From a virus: a DNA stretch of 64,000 nt. Shown in pieces: positions 38,898 to 47,290 of this stretch; position 1 is the first letter of the stretch; each line of letters opens with the position of its first letter. Made by a program: the position numbers and the translations under genes. The notes below the pieces were generated by a model. That model saw nothing but the letters and a program-made list of their open reading frames with translations, searched no databases and was not told where the DNA came from. The stretch lies in IMG/VR virus record IMGVR_UViG_3300033146_005950, positions 1 through 64,000 of that record; one strand, written 5' to 3'.

Positions 38898-38935
38898 AAT
38901 AGCAGCCAATTTTAATTAAAAAATTAGCTGCTATT
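38898..38935 (-). terminator. hairpin after hexapeptide gene cluster
   Basis: AATAGCAGC.AATTTT / AAAATT.GCTGCTATT. Confidence 0.5.
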
Positions 38936-38977
38936 TGATTTATAGGGGAAAAAAACTAAATTAGTTTGTCTGTTTGT

Positions 38978-39703
38978 TTAAATTAATTTAAAAACATTCG
39001 TCAATATATTCACCTTCTGAAATTTCTGCATCTCCAGCAACAAAACATTCACCTCTAATAATTGCGTTTCCATAAACTTCTGCTCATAAACTTCTGCGTT
39101 TCCATAAATTTTCGCATTATCATAAATTACTGCGTACCCAGAAACCAATGCATCGTCGTAAATTTGTGCATCGCCATAAACTTGTGCATTACCAAAAACT
39201 TTTGCACCATCATAAACTTGTGCATCTCCATAAACTTGTGCATTACCAAAAACTTCTGCATCGTCATAAATTACTGCGTATCCAGAAACCAATACACCAC
39301 CATAAACTTGTGCATCGCCATAAACTTTTGATTTACCAAAAACTTCTGCATTTTCGCAAACTTCTGCAGCACCGTAAACTTTTGCACCATCATAAACTTG
39401 TGCTTCACCATAAACTTTTGCGTCTCCGTAAACTTGAGCTTCACCGTAAATTTCTGCATTGTCATAAACTTCTGCGTGCCCATAAATTACTGCATTATCT
39501 TTAACAACTGCTGACTCAAAAACAATCGCGTCTTGAAATACCCAGCAATTATCTTTTTGGTTTAAATTATCTTTATTTTCAACTAAGCCGCCCCAGTCGC
39601 CTTCTTTTACTTTTTTACCAATTACAGTTCTAAAGTTTTTCAGTGCTTTAATTCTGTAATATTTGCCTTCAGGTACCATTTCATATTTTAATTTTTGACT
39701 CAT
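38978..39703 (-). CDS. hexapeptide-repeat (left-handed beta-helix-like) protein, paralogue 3, frameshifted near the C-terminus
   Basis: (V/I)Y(G/D)(N/D)A(E/K/Q) repeats; frame slips at 39083-39085. Confidence 0.75.
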   Translation of the reverse strand: MSQKLKYEMVPEGKYYRIKALKNFRTVIGKKVKEGDWGGLVENKDNLNQKDNCWVFQDAIVFESAVVKDNAVIYGHAEVYDNAEIYGEAQVYGDAKVYGEAQVYDGAKVYGAAEVCENAEVFGKSKVYGDAQVYGGVLVSGYAVIYDDAEVFGNAQVYGDAQVYDGAKVFGNAQVYGDAQIYDDALVSGYAVIYDNAKIYGNAEVYEQKFMETQLLEVNVLLLEMQKFQKVNILTNVFKLI

Positions 39704-39724
39704 TTTTTTATTTTTCCTTTTGTT

Positions 39725-40213
39725 TTATGTAAACTTTATGTCTAATTCAGTTAAAGTATCTTCAATTGGGTTTATAATTAATTTTTTAAAAAATGGAAAA
39801 TATTCTTCAATATGTTCTTTTAAATCTTTATTTTTTAATTTTTTAACATTTTCTTTAATTTCATCTAATGCCATTAAAATAGTTATCCTAATATCATATA
39901 GTGTGTCGTAAATTTCAATAACTTCTGTATCAATAAAATCAACTGTACTAAATGAGTGAAATATTTTTCTAATTGAAAAGAAAAATGCATTTAATTCTTT
40001 TATTGAAATAGTAGTTGAAGATTCACTTAACGTATCAATAAACGCTGCCTCAAATACATCTTCAATATAAATTCGACAAATATTATTACCACTATCTTTA
40101 ACGGCTGGTAATTCAACAAACTCACTATAAACAGCGTCATTTTCTTGCAAACCCTTGATACTTTTAATACCTCTTTTATAATTATAACGAAATTCTTTAT
40201 TTGTTTTATTCAT
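39725..40213 (-). CDS. hypothetical protein
   Basis: ORF between hexapeptide paralogues. Confidence 0.6.
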   Translation of the reverse strand: MNKTNKEFRYNYKRGIKSIKGLQENDAVYSEFVELPAVKDSGNNICRIYIEDVFEAAFIDTLSESSTTISIKELNAFFFSIRKIFHSFSTVDFIDTEVIEIYDTLYDIRITILMALDEIKENVKKLKNKDLKEHIEEYFPFFKKLIINPIEDTLTELDIKFT

Positions 40214-40302
40214 TATTTACTTTTCTTTCCTTGCATATTTTTAAAATTGAAACTGAAATTAATCAAAATTTTCAATATGGTTTGTGAACTATTAAAATAG
40301 AC

Positions 40303-41346
40303 TTAATCTTCACCAAATACTTCATCTTTACCAAAAATTTGTATATCGCCGTAAACTTCTGCGTCTCCATAAACTTTTGATTTACCATAAATTTTTGCAT
40401 CCTCATAAATGTCTGCATTTCCATAAACTTCAGCATTTTCGTAAACTTCAGCATTTTCAGAAATTTGTGCATATTCGTAAACTTGTGCATTGTCGTAAAC
40501 TTTTGCGTCTTCGTAAACTTGTGCATCGCCGTAAATTTTTGCTTTGCCATAAACTTCTGCATCGTCATAAATTTTTGCAAAATTATAAACTTGTGCATCT
40601 TCGTAAACTTGTGCATTTCCACAAATATCTGCACCACTAAATACTTCAGCATTTCCGTAAACTTGTGCATTGCCGTAAACTTGTGCAATACCATAAATTT
40701 TAGCAAGATCATAAACTTTCGCATTACCAAAAACTAATGAACCTTCGTAAACTTTTGATTCACCATAAATTTTTGCTTCACCGTAAACTTGTGCAGCACC
40801 ACAAATTTTAGCATCGTTATAAACTTTTGCTTTACCAAAAACGTTTGCGCCATCATAAACTTCTGCATCGTCGTAAACTTCTGCATCTTCGTAAACTTGT
40901 GCATCGCCATAAATTTTAGCAAAATTATAAACTTCTGCATTGTCGCAAACTTCTGCATCTTCGTAAATTTTGGCAAAATTAAAAACTTCTGCATCGTCAT
41001 AAATTTTTGCAGCACCGTAAACTTTTGTGTCACCATAAACTTTTGCTTCACCATAAACTTGTGAATCATCATAGATTTCTGCATTTCCGTAAATTTCTGC
41101 ATAGTTATAAACTTCTGCGTGCCCATAAATTACTGCACTATCTTTAACAATCGCTGACTCAAAAACAATCGCGTCTTGAAATACCCAGCAATTATCTTCT
41201 TGACTTAGATTATCTTCATTTTCAACTAACCCACCGAAGTCACCTTCTTTTACTTTTATACCAATTACAGTTCTAAAACTTTTAAGGGCTCTAATTCTGA
41301 AATATTTACCTTCAGGTACCATTTCATATTTTAGTTCTCTACTCAT
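40303..41346 (-). CDS. hexapeptide-repeat protein, paralogue 2
   Basis: RIRALK.F...VKEGD.GGLVE...NL.Q..NCWV head followed by 18-bp repeats. Confidence 0.8.
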   Translation of the reverse strand: MSRELKYEMVPEGKYFRIRALKSFRTVIGIKVKEGDFGGLVENEDNLSQEDNCWVFQDAIVFESAIVKDSAVIYGHAEVYNYAEIYGNAEIYDDSQVYGEAKVYGDTKVYGAAKIYDDAEVFNFAKIYEDAEVCDNAEVYNFAKIYGDAQVYEDAEVYDDAEVYDGANVFGKAKVYNDAKICGAAQVYGEAKIYGESKVYEGSLVFGNAKVYDLAKIYGIAQVYGNAQVYGNAEVFSGADICGNAQVYEDAQVYNFAKIYDDAEVYGKAKIYGDAQVYEDAKVYDNAQVYEYAQISENAEVYENAEVYGNADIYEDAKIYGKSKVYGDAEVYGDIQIFGKDEVFGED

Positions 41347-41413
41347 TTTCTGTTCTTCCTTTTGTTTTATTCATTATTTAATTTTCTTTACTTGCATATT
41401 TTTAAAATTGAAA

Positions 41414-42229
41414 TTAATCAAAACTTTCACCAAATACTTCATCTTTACCAAAAATTTGTGTATCGCCAGAAACTTGTGTATCGCCAGAAACTTGTGTATA
41501 TCCAGAAACTTGTGCATCTTCGTAAACTTGTGCATCTTCGTAAACCTCTGCATTCTCAAAAACTTCTGCGTTTCCGTAAACCTCTGCATTTCCATAAATC
41601 TCTGCATTTCCATAAATCTCTGCATTGTCGTAAACCTCTGCATTTCCATAAACGTGCGCATTTCCATAAACTTGTGCGTTATCAGAAACTTCTGCATTTC
41701 CAGAAACCAATGTATCGCCGTAAACTTGAGCTTTACCGTAAACTTTTGCATTATTATAAATTACTGCATTATCATAAATTGCTGCTTTATCATAGACTTT
41801 TGCATTTCCATAAACTTCTGCGTATTGGCAAACGTCCGCATCGCCGTAAACCTCTGCATTCTCAAAAACTTCTGCGTTTCCATAAATTTCTGCGTTTCCA
41901 TAAATTTCTGCATTGTCATAAACTTTTGCATTGCCATAAATTTTAGCAGAATTATAAACTTTTGCTTCACCGTAAACTTCTACATAGTTATGAATTACTG
42001 CGTTATCATAAATTACAGCGCCGCCATAAATACTTGATGACCCATTAACAATTGCCTCTTCAAATACCCAGCAATTATCTTTTTGGCTTAAATTATCTTT
42101 ATTTTCAACTAAGCCGCCCCAGTCGCCTTCTTTTACTTTTATACCAATTATAGTTCTAAAAGTTTTCAGTGCTCTAATTCTGAAATATTTACCTTCAGGT
42201 ACCATTTCATATTTTAGTTCTCGGCTCAT
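41414..42229 (-). CDS. hexapeptide-repeat protein, paralogue 1
   Basis: Same head and repeats. Confidence 0.8.
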   Translation of the reverse strand: MSRELKYEMVPEGKYFRIRALKTFRTIIGIKVKEGDWGGLVENKDNLSQKDNCWVFEEAIVNGSSSIYGGAVIYDNAVIHNYVEVYGEAKVYNSAKIYGNAKVYDNAEIYGNAEIYGNAEVFENAEVYGDADVCQYAEVYGNAKVYDKAAIYDNAVIYNNAKVYGKAQVYGDTLVSGNAEVSDNAQVYGNAHVYGNAEVYDNAEIYGNAEIYGNAEVYGNAEVFENAEVYEDAQVYEDAQVSGYTQVSGDTQVSGDTQIFGKDEVFGESFD

Positions 42230-42260
42230 TTTTTATTTTTCCTTTTGTTTTATATAAACT

Positions 42261-42536
42261 TTATAACAAATTATCTATTATTTTATCAAATTCTTTTTTG
42301 AACATTTTTTCTTTTCTTGCGTTATCAATGCTTCCAATTAAAACAATAAAGTCATCAATAGCATCTAAAAATTTTATTGTTTTGTTTATTAATTCAGAGC
42401 CGTGGAAATAATCTTCAAATACATTTTTAATATCTTCAAAAATGTTTTTATCAAACTCTTCTTTATTTAAGTATTCTGAAGTTTTTGCTTCTTTTAACAT
42501 ATAATTATATAAAAATGTTTTGTCATCAACTCTCAT
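42261..42536 (-). CDS. hypothetical protein
   Basis: ORF with AAGGA SD. Confidence 0.55.
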   Translation of the reverse strand: MRVDDKTFLYNYMLKEAKTSEYLNKEEFDKNIFEDIKNVFEDYFHGSELINKTIKFLDAIDDFIVLIGSIDNARKEKMFKKEFDKIIDNLL

Positions 42537-42580
42537 AATAATTTCCTTTAGTTTTTAATAATTAAAAAATAACCTTTGTT

Positions 42581-42826
42581 CTATTTATTTTTATATTTAA
42601 AACATTTATCTTTAAGTAAGAAACCGCATTCATCATTATTGACACAGCTTGAGCAAAGACTTTTTTGCCATTTTTTTCTGAATTCTGAAGCGTTATCTCG
42701 TACCCAATCTAATACATATTGTTCTCCAGGATCTTTTTGAATTGTTTCACCATAAAGCCATTTATCGTGGTTTATCCAATACAGTTCGCTTTTGAAAATA
42801 TTATCAGCTAGGTTCATAACATTCAT
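42581..42826 (-). CDS. small protein, DUF4032-like with Cys-rich tail
   Basis: EL.WI..DKWL.GE....DPG...V.DW....A..FR..W; CSSC...C....C. Confidence 0.5.
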   Translation of the reverse strand: MNVMNLADNIFKSELYWINHDKWLYGETIQKDPGEQYVLDWVRDNASEFRKKWQKSLCSSCVNNDECGFLLKDKCFKYKNK

Positions 42827-42833
42827 TCCGTTT

Positions 42834-43238
42834 TTATTTTAATTTTATGTTCCGTTCTAATTTTTTAGCGAAAAATTGTCTTTTATTTTCATCAATATTA
42901 TGTATTGATTTATTATTATGGTAATTTTCTACTATTAAAACAAATACTGTATAACCGCCTTCTTCAGCAACTTTTTTATAATTTTCAAATTCAAATTTAG
43001 TTGCGTTTGTGTTTGATTGTATAATTGTGCTTACTCCAATTTTTATAGCGTTTTCCCATTTTGTAAAACAGCGGAGATGATTTTCTGCTAATTTAGTCAT
43101 ATCAAATTTATAATTTCCATCTTCATCATAAAAATAATCGTCTGCTTCGCAAATTACCCCATTTTTACCTTTTAAATTTTTTGCTAAAGTTGATTTACCT
43201 GCTCCGGGCACGCCCCTTAAAATGTACGCTATTTTCAT
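42834..43238 (-). CDS. P-loop kinase (AAA_33 / polynucleotide-kinase-like)
   Basis: ILRGVPGAGKSTLA, EADDYF, SNTN, SIHNI. Confidence 0.8.
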   Translation of the reverse strand: MKIAYILRGVPGAGKSTLAKNLKGKNGVICEADDYFYDEDGNYKFDMTKLAENHLRCFTKWENAIKIGVSTIIQSNTNATKFEFENYKKVAEEGGYTVFVLIVENYHNNKSIHNIDENKRQFFAKKLERNIKLK

Positions 43239-43253
43239 TTTATTTTTTCCTTT

Positions 43254-43379
43254 TTATAAAATATGAAAGTCATATTGTGTTTCTTCATTATCTTCTTTTA
43301 TAATTGAGATTATATTTTTTATAATTATATATATTGAAATAAAAATCATCATAATTAAAATAATAGTAAGCATTTTCAT
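43254..43379 (-). CDS. small single-TM protein (41 aa)
   Basis: MKMLTIILIMMIFISIYIII...; AAGGA SD. Confidence 0.45.
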   Translation of the reverse strand: MKMLTIILIMMIFISIYIIIKNIISIIKEDNEETQYDFHIL

Positions 43380-43388
43380 TTTTCCTTA

Positions 43389-43586
43389 TTAAATTTTATT
43401 AAAACGTTTTACATAAGTTCCATTTACTTCTACCCAACACCAGGTTCTCTGACTTGGAGAATTGGTGCTAAATTTTGGGGCATTGTATTTTCTAAATACA
43501 TTTGCTTGTTTTTTACTTTCATCAATAATACCTTCAACAGTTGTTGCTCCAGTATAAATTCCGTGGCTTAATCCTTTTTTAGCCAT
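43389..43586 (-). CDS. small early protein
   Basis: Start moved to MAKKGL; first gene after early-promoter copy 3. Confidence 0.6.
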   Translation of the reverse strand: MAKKGLSHGIYTGATTVEGIIDESKKQANVFRKYNAPKFSTNSPSQRTWCWVEVNGTYVKRFNKI

Positions 43587-43772
43587 TTTGATAACTCCTT
43601 TGTTTTGTTTTTGTTTTGTTATATTAATAATATATAACAAATATTGAGTTAAATATGCTTTTTTATAAAGAAAAAGTGTAACTTATTAAAAATCAATAAG
43701 TTACAAAATGAAATTTTTTTACTTTATTTTTGTGTTTTTTATAAAGTATTAAAAATCAATGGTTTATAAGTT
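43587..43772 (-). promoter_or_regulatory. repeated early-promoter module, copy 3
   Basis: As copy 1; IHF-consensus sites at 43691-43703 and 43754-43766. Confidence 0.75.
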
Positions 43773-43833
43773 TCTTTTCAATTAAAGAAGAAAAACACCA
43801 AAAAATGTTAAAAATGTTAAAAATGTTAAAAAA

Positions 43834-46800
43834 TTAAGTTAACTTTGTCTCAACACCAGCGTCATTTTTGAAATATAAACAACCATCTGTTTTCACATAT
43901 AATTGCCCATAACCTGCTAATGTTGTTTGAGGTGTGTTTTCTCTTATTTGAATTGTACCATTTGAAAATAATGAAGTAATATCAGTATGCCCAATTGTGA
44001 CCGTGTTTGAGCCTTTTCCAACTGCATTTGCTCCAATTACAATTTCATTAGTGCCATTATCTGCTCCAGCTCTGACATTATAACCTAAAAATATTGAATT
44101 ATTTGCTTTCGTTAAAAAATCACCACCTGTATTATAATATCTACCTGAGGAACTTCCTATTGATATATTATTATTTCCTTCTGTCAAATTATATAATGAA
44201 ACAGGTCCTAAAACAGTATTATTTGCGCCTGTTGTGTTTGAATATAAAGAAGATGAACCAACTGCAACATTATTGCTACCAGAAGTCGTAAGAGTACCGC
44301 TTCTATAACCGTAAAAAGTATTTGCCGTAGCATTTGAATTTTGGCCGCTCTGGTATCCAATAAAAGTATTTTTATCTTTATCAGATGTTCCTTTACCTGA
44401 ATATAAACCAATTGCAATATTATAGCTCCCTGTTGTATTTGAAGACCCCGCGTCTCTTCCAATAAATACATTATAAAACCCAGATGTATTATTAAGACCT
44501 GAATAATAACCCATAAATATATTATGGTACCCAGTTATATTATTATACCCTGAAGTTGTTCCAACAAAAACATTGTTTGATGCAGTCGTTGTTTTATTGC
44601 CTGAGTTGCTTCCAAGAAATATATTGCGTTCCCCACTTGTAATTGATACACCTGCACCTTTACCATTAAAAATATTATGGGCGCCTGTATTTGAATTATT
44701 TCCCGCTCCGTTTAAATAAATACTGTAAGTCGGTCCTGATTTTATTAAATCGGTACCATTTGATTTAATTCCACCGTATATTGGCATTTGAATAAAAGTC
44801 TCTGAATTTGCAGGGCTTAATATATTTCCATTTTTTGTCCATTTACTTCCTGAGTTCGCTGCAGCAGTCAAATCAAACTCTGTTCCTGAGTCATTTTGAA
44901 AATATAGTTTGCCATCTGTTTTTGCAATCATTTGCCCATAACCTGAAACAGCTGAGATTGAGACGGCTTCTTTAATAAAAAGATTTCCATTTGAAAATAA
45001 TGAAGTATTATTAATATCTCCAATTGTTGTTGTATGAGAGCCTTGCCCGTAAGTTGTGTTTGCCCCAATTATTACTTCTGAAGTTCCATTATTTGTAAGT
45101 GGTTTTGAATTATTTCCAATAAAGATTCCGTATGTTGCATTTGAAACAGAGTTTGAGTCTTTATCTAAATACCCTGCCCAATAGCCCATTGCAATATTAA
45201 AACTTCCATCTGTCAATGTTGAAAGAGTTCTATTTCCAATTGATATATTATTTCCACCTGTTATATTATTTAATAATGAATGATAGCCAAAACCTAAATT
45301 ATGGATTCCTGTTGTTAAAGAATATTGTGCGGAAGCACCGAGCGCGACGTTATAATCACCTTCTGTCATTGAATAAAATGTCTGTGGCCCAATACCAACA
45401 TTATTACCACCGGTCGTAAGTACTCTTCCTGAATTAACTCCTGAGAAAATTGAATCATTTTTAGATTTTATTAAATTTAAATTATTTTGTGTTATTGAAC
45501 CGTTTTCTGGGATGTTTAAAATACTTTCATTTCCTGCAAAATTTAAAACTGAACCGTCTGTTTCCCATAAACTTGAACCGCCACTTGATGCTTCTACCCA
45601 TTTTAATCCGCTTACTTCAGAACTATCTGCTGTTAAAACATATCCATCCGTCCCAACAGGCAATCTTGCGTCACCTGAGCTATAAACAAAAATATCTCCT
45701 TTTGTTGTTAAGGGCGATGAAATTCCGCTTTCCCCAACTTCAGTCAAATCATACTCAGTGCCATCATCTGAAACATAATAAAGTTTTCCATCTGTTTTTG
45801 TATATAATTGTCCGTAGTCATTTAAATTTGTGTATGCTGCGGTTTGTTCTTTTATAAAAACTGAGCCAACAAAATAATTTGCTAAATTTGTTGAAGCACC
45901 TATCGTGGCTGTATTTGAACCGTTTCCTGCCGCATTTGCTCCAATTACAATTTCATTACTTTGTCCGTTTGCTTTACTTTTTGTTGAGAATCCTAAATAA
46001 GTACAATGATTATATGTAGTAATTTCAGCACCGTTCTTATCATATCGACCTGCGTTTGAACCTAAACCTAAATTATAGTCTCCATCTGATAATCTAATTA
46101 ATGATTGAGAGCCAATCGCAACATTATGGTCTCCCCCAGCCGCATTCTCATCATTCGTACAAAGTGCAAAAGAACCAATTGCTAAATTATTAGCTCCACT
46201 TAAATACCCAGCTGAAGTTCCAATCGCGACACAATCAGATAAATCGGTCGCAGTTTTTCCAGATGCATTGCCAATTAATATATTATTATCTCCGTTTACT
46301 AAATTTTGTCCTGCAAAAGTACCAATCGCAGTATTCTGGTTGCTTGTTGAAATATTTTGTAATGCGCCGCGGCCAAACGCAACACTCCCCCTTGCTGTAG
46401 TAATATTTTGTAAAGCATTTACACCATAAGCAAAATTCTGCCCGCTTGACGTATAAGTTGAAATATTTACAGGACCAGCATACCCAAGAAATACTGCATT
46501 TTTATAGAACCTTGCAAAACCATTTATTCCATTTGCATCTGCCGTATTAAAATTAATTGTAAACTGTGTATCGGCTAAAGCAATAATAGATTCACCATTT
46601 TTTGATGATAAAATATTACCGTCTGTTTCCCATAAAGATTCTGCTATTTCTGGTTTATTTAATATATAAGCATCTGAATTTGTATCAGTTTCATTCCAAT
46701 CAGGTTGTACATTTTCTTCAGCTAATTCATTTATTAAATCTAATTTTGTTTTGTATGCGGAAGTGAAATTCTTTTCAGAGAGTTCGCCATCTTTTATTGA

Positions 46801-47223
46801 ATAAGTTGTATCTGTAAAAACAGCATTTTGAGGGACTGCAGTTTCAACTGTTAAATTATTTACTTTATTTGCGTTTTCGGCTAAATCAACAATACCGTTA
46901 TCGTTTGTGTCATAAACAGATTTCTCCATATCTCCTGTGCCGCCCGGAGCAGTTCCGCCATTACCTAAATTCGCGATTTCCCAATCTGTGTTTTCTAATC
47001 CGTTTATAAGAGTATAAAATTTCTGTTCCCCATTATCATCAAGAACATTTACAAGCATTCCAATTTTTCTACGGTCAGCAGTAATTGCGTCTCTGCCATT
47101 TATTGTTTGTACAGTTCTATAACCGCCACGATTCCAAAATTCATCTTGAGTAGCGTAAATATCTTCCGTATCTGTTGGTGCAATGAAACCACCTAATCTA
47201 ACTGAACCTGGTATTATAGCCAT
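43834..47223 (-). CDS. fibre protein with three blocks of YadA-head-like Gly/Asn repeats
   Basis: N.A.G..A...NTTG 14-aa repeats; GYGQLY.KTDG.LYF..D.G.E three times. Confidence 0.8.
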   Translation of the reverse strand: MAIIPGSVRLGGFIAPTDTEDIYATQDEFWNRGGYRTVQTINGRDAITADRRKIGMLVNVLDDNGEQKFYTLINGLENTDWEIANLGNGGTAPGGTGDMEKSVYDTNDNGIVDLAENANKVNNLTVETAVPQNAVFTDTTYSIKDGELSEKNFTSAYKTKLDLINELAEENVQPDWNETDTNSDAYILNKPEIAESLWETDGNILSSKNGESIIALADTQFTINFNTADANGINGFARFYKNAVFLGYAGPVNISTYTSSGQNFAYGVNALQNITTARGSVAFGRGALQNISTSNQNTAIGTFAGQNLVNGDNNILIGNASGKTATDLSDCVAIGTSAGYLSGANNLAIGSFALCTNDENAAGGDHNVAIGSQSLIRLSDGDYNLGLGSNAGRYDKNGAEITTYNHCTYLGFSTKSKANGQSNEIVIGANAAGNGSNTATIGASTNLANYFVGSVFIKEQTAAYTNLNDYGQLYTKTDGKLYYVSDDGTEYDLTEVGESGISSPLTTKGDIFVYSSGDARLPVGTDGYVLTADSSEVSGLKWVEASSGGSSLWETDGSVLNFAGNESILNIPENGSITQNNLNLIKSKNDSIFSGVNSGRVLTTGGNNVGIGPQTFYSMTEGDYNVALGASAQYSLTTGIHNLGFGYHSLLNNITGGNNISIGNRTLSTLTDGSFNIAMGYWAGYLDKDSNSVSNATYGIFIGNNSKPLTNNGTSEVIIGANTTYGQGSHTTTIGDINNTSLFSNGNLFIKEAVSISAVSGYGQMIAKTDGKLYFQNDSGTEFDLTAAANSGSKWTKNGNILSPANSETFIQMPIYGGIKSNGTDLIKSGPTYSIYLNGAGNNSNTGAHNIFNGKGAGVSITSGERNIFLGSNSGNKTTTASNNVFVGTTSGYNNITGYHNIFMGYYSGLNNTSGFYNVFIGRDAGSSNTTGSYNIAIGLYSGKGTSDKDKNTFIGYQSGQNSNATANTFYGYRSGTLTTSGSNNVAVGSSSLYSNTTGANNTVLGPVSLYNLTEGNNNISIGSSSGRYYNTGGDFLTKANNSIFLGYNVRAGADNGTNEIVIGANAVGKGSNTVTIGHTDITSLFSNGTIQIRENTPQTTLAGYGQLYVKTDGCLYFKNDAGVETKLT

Positions 47224-47290
47224 TTTATATTAAAGTCCTTGCTTTGAAATTTTCATTTGCTTTTTTAATAATATTTATTTTTTTTGTCAA

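Noticed and set aside
39062-42037. Many overlapping ORFs in other frames (QKFM..., HKLL..., INFC...)
   Set aside because: By-products of stop-free 18-bp repeats in the hexapeptide genes.
876-42229. Diversity-generating retroelement behind the repeat variation
   Set aside because: No reverse transcriptase in the window; no non-coding template repeat or adenine-restricted differences were seen.
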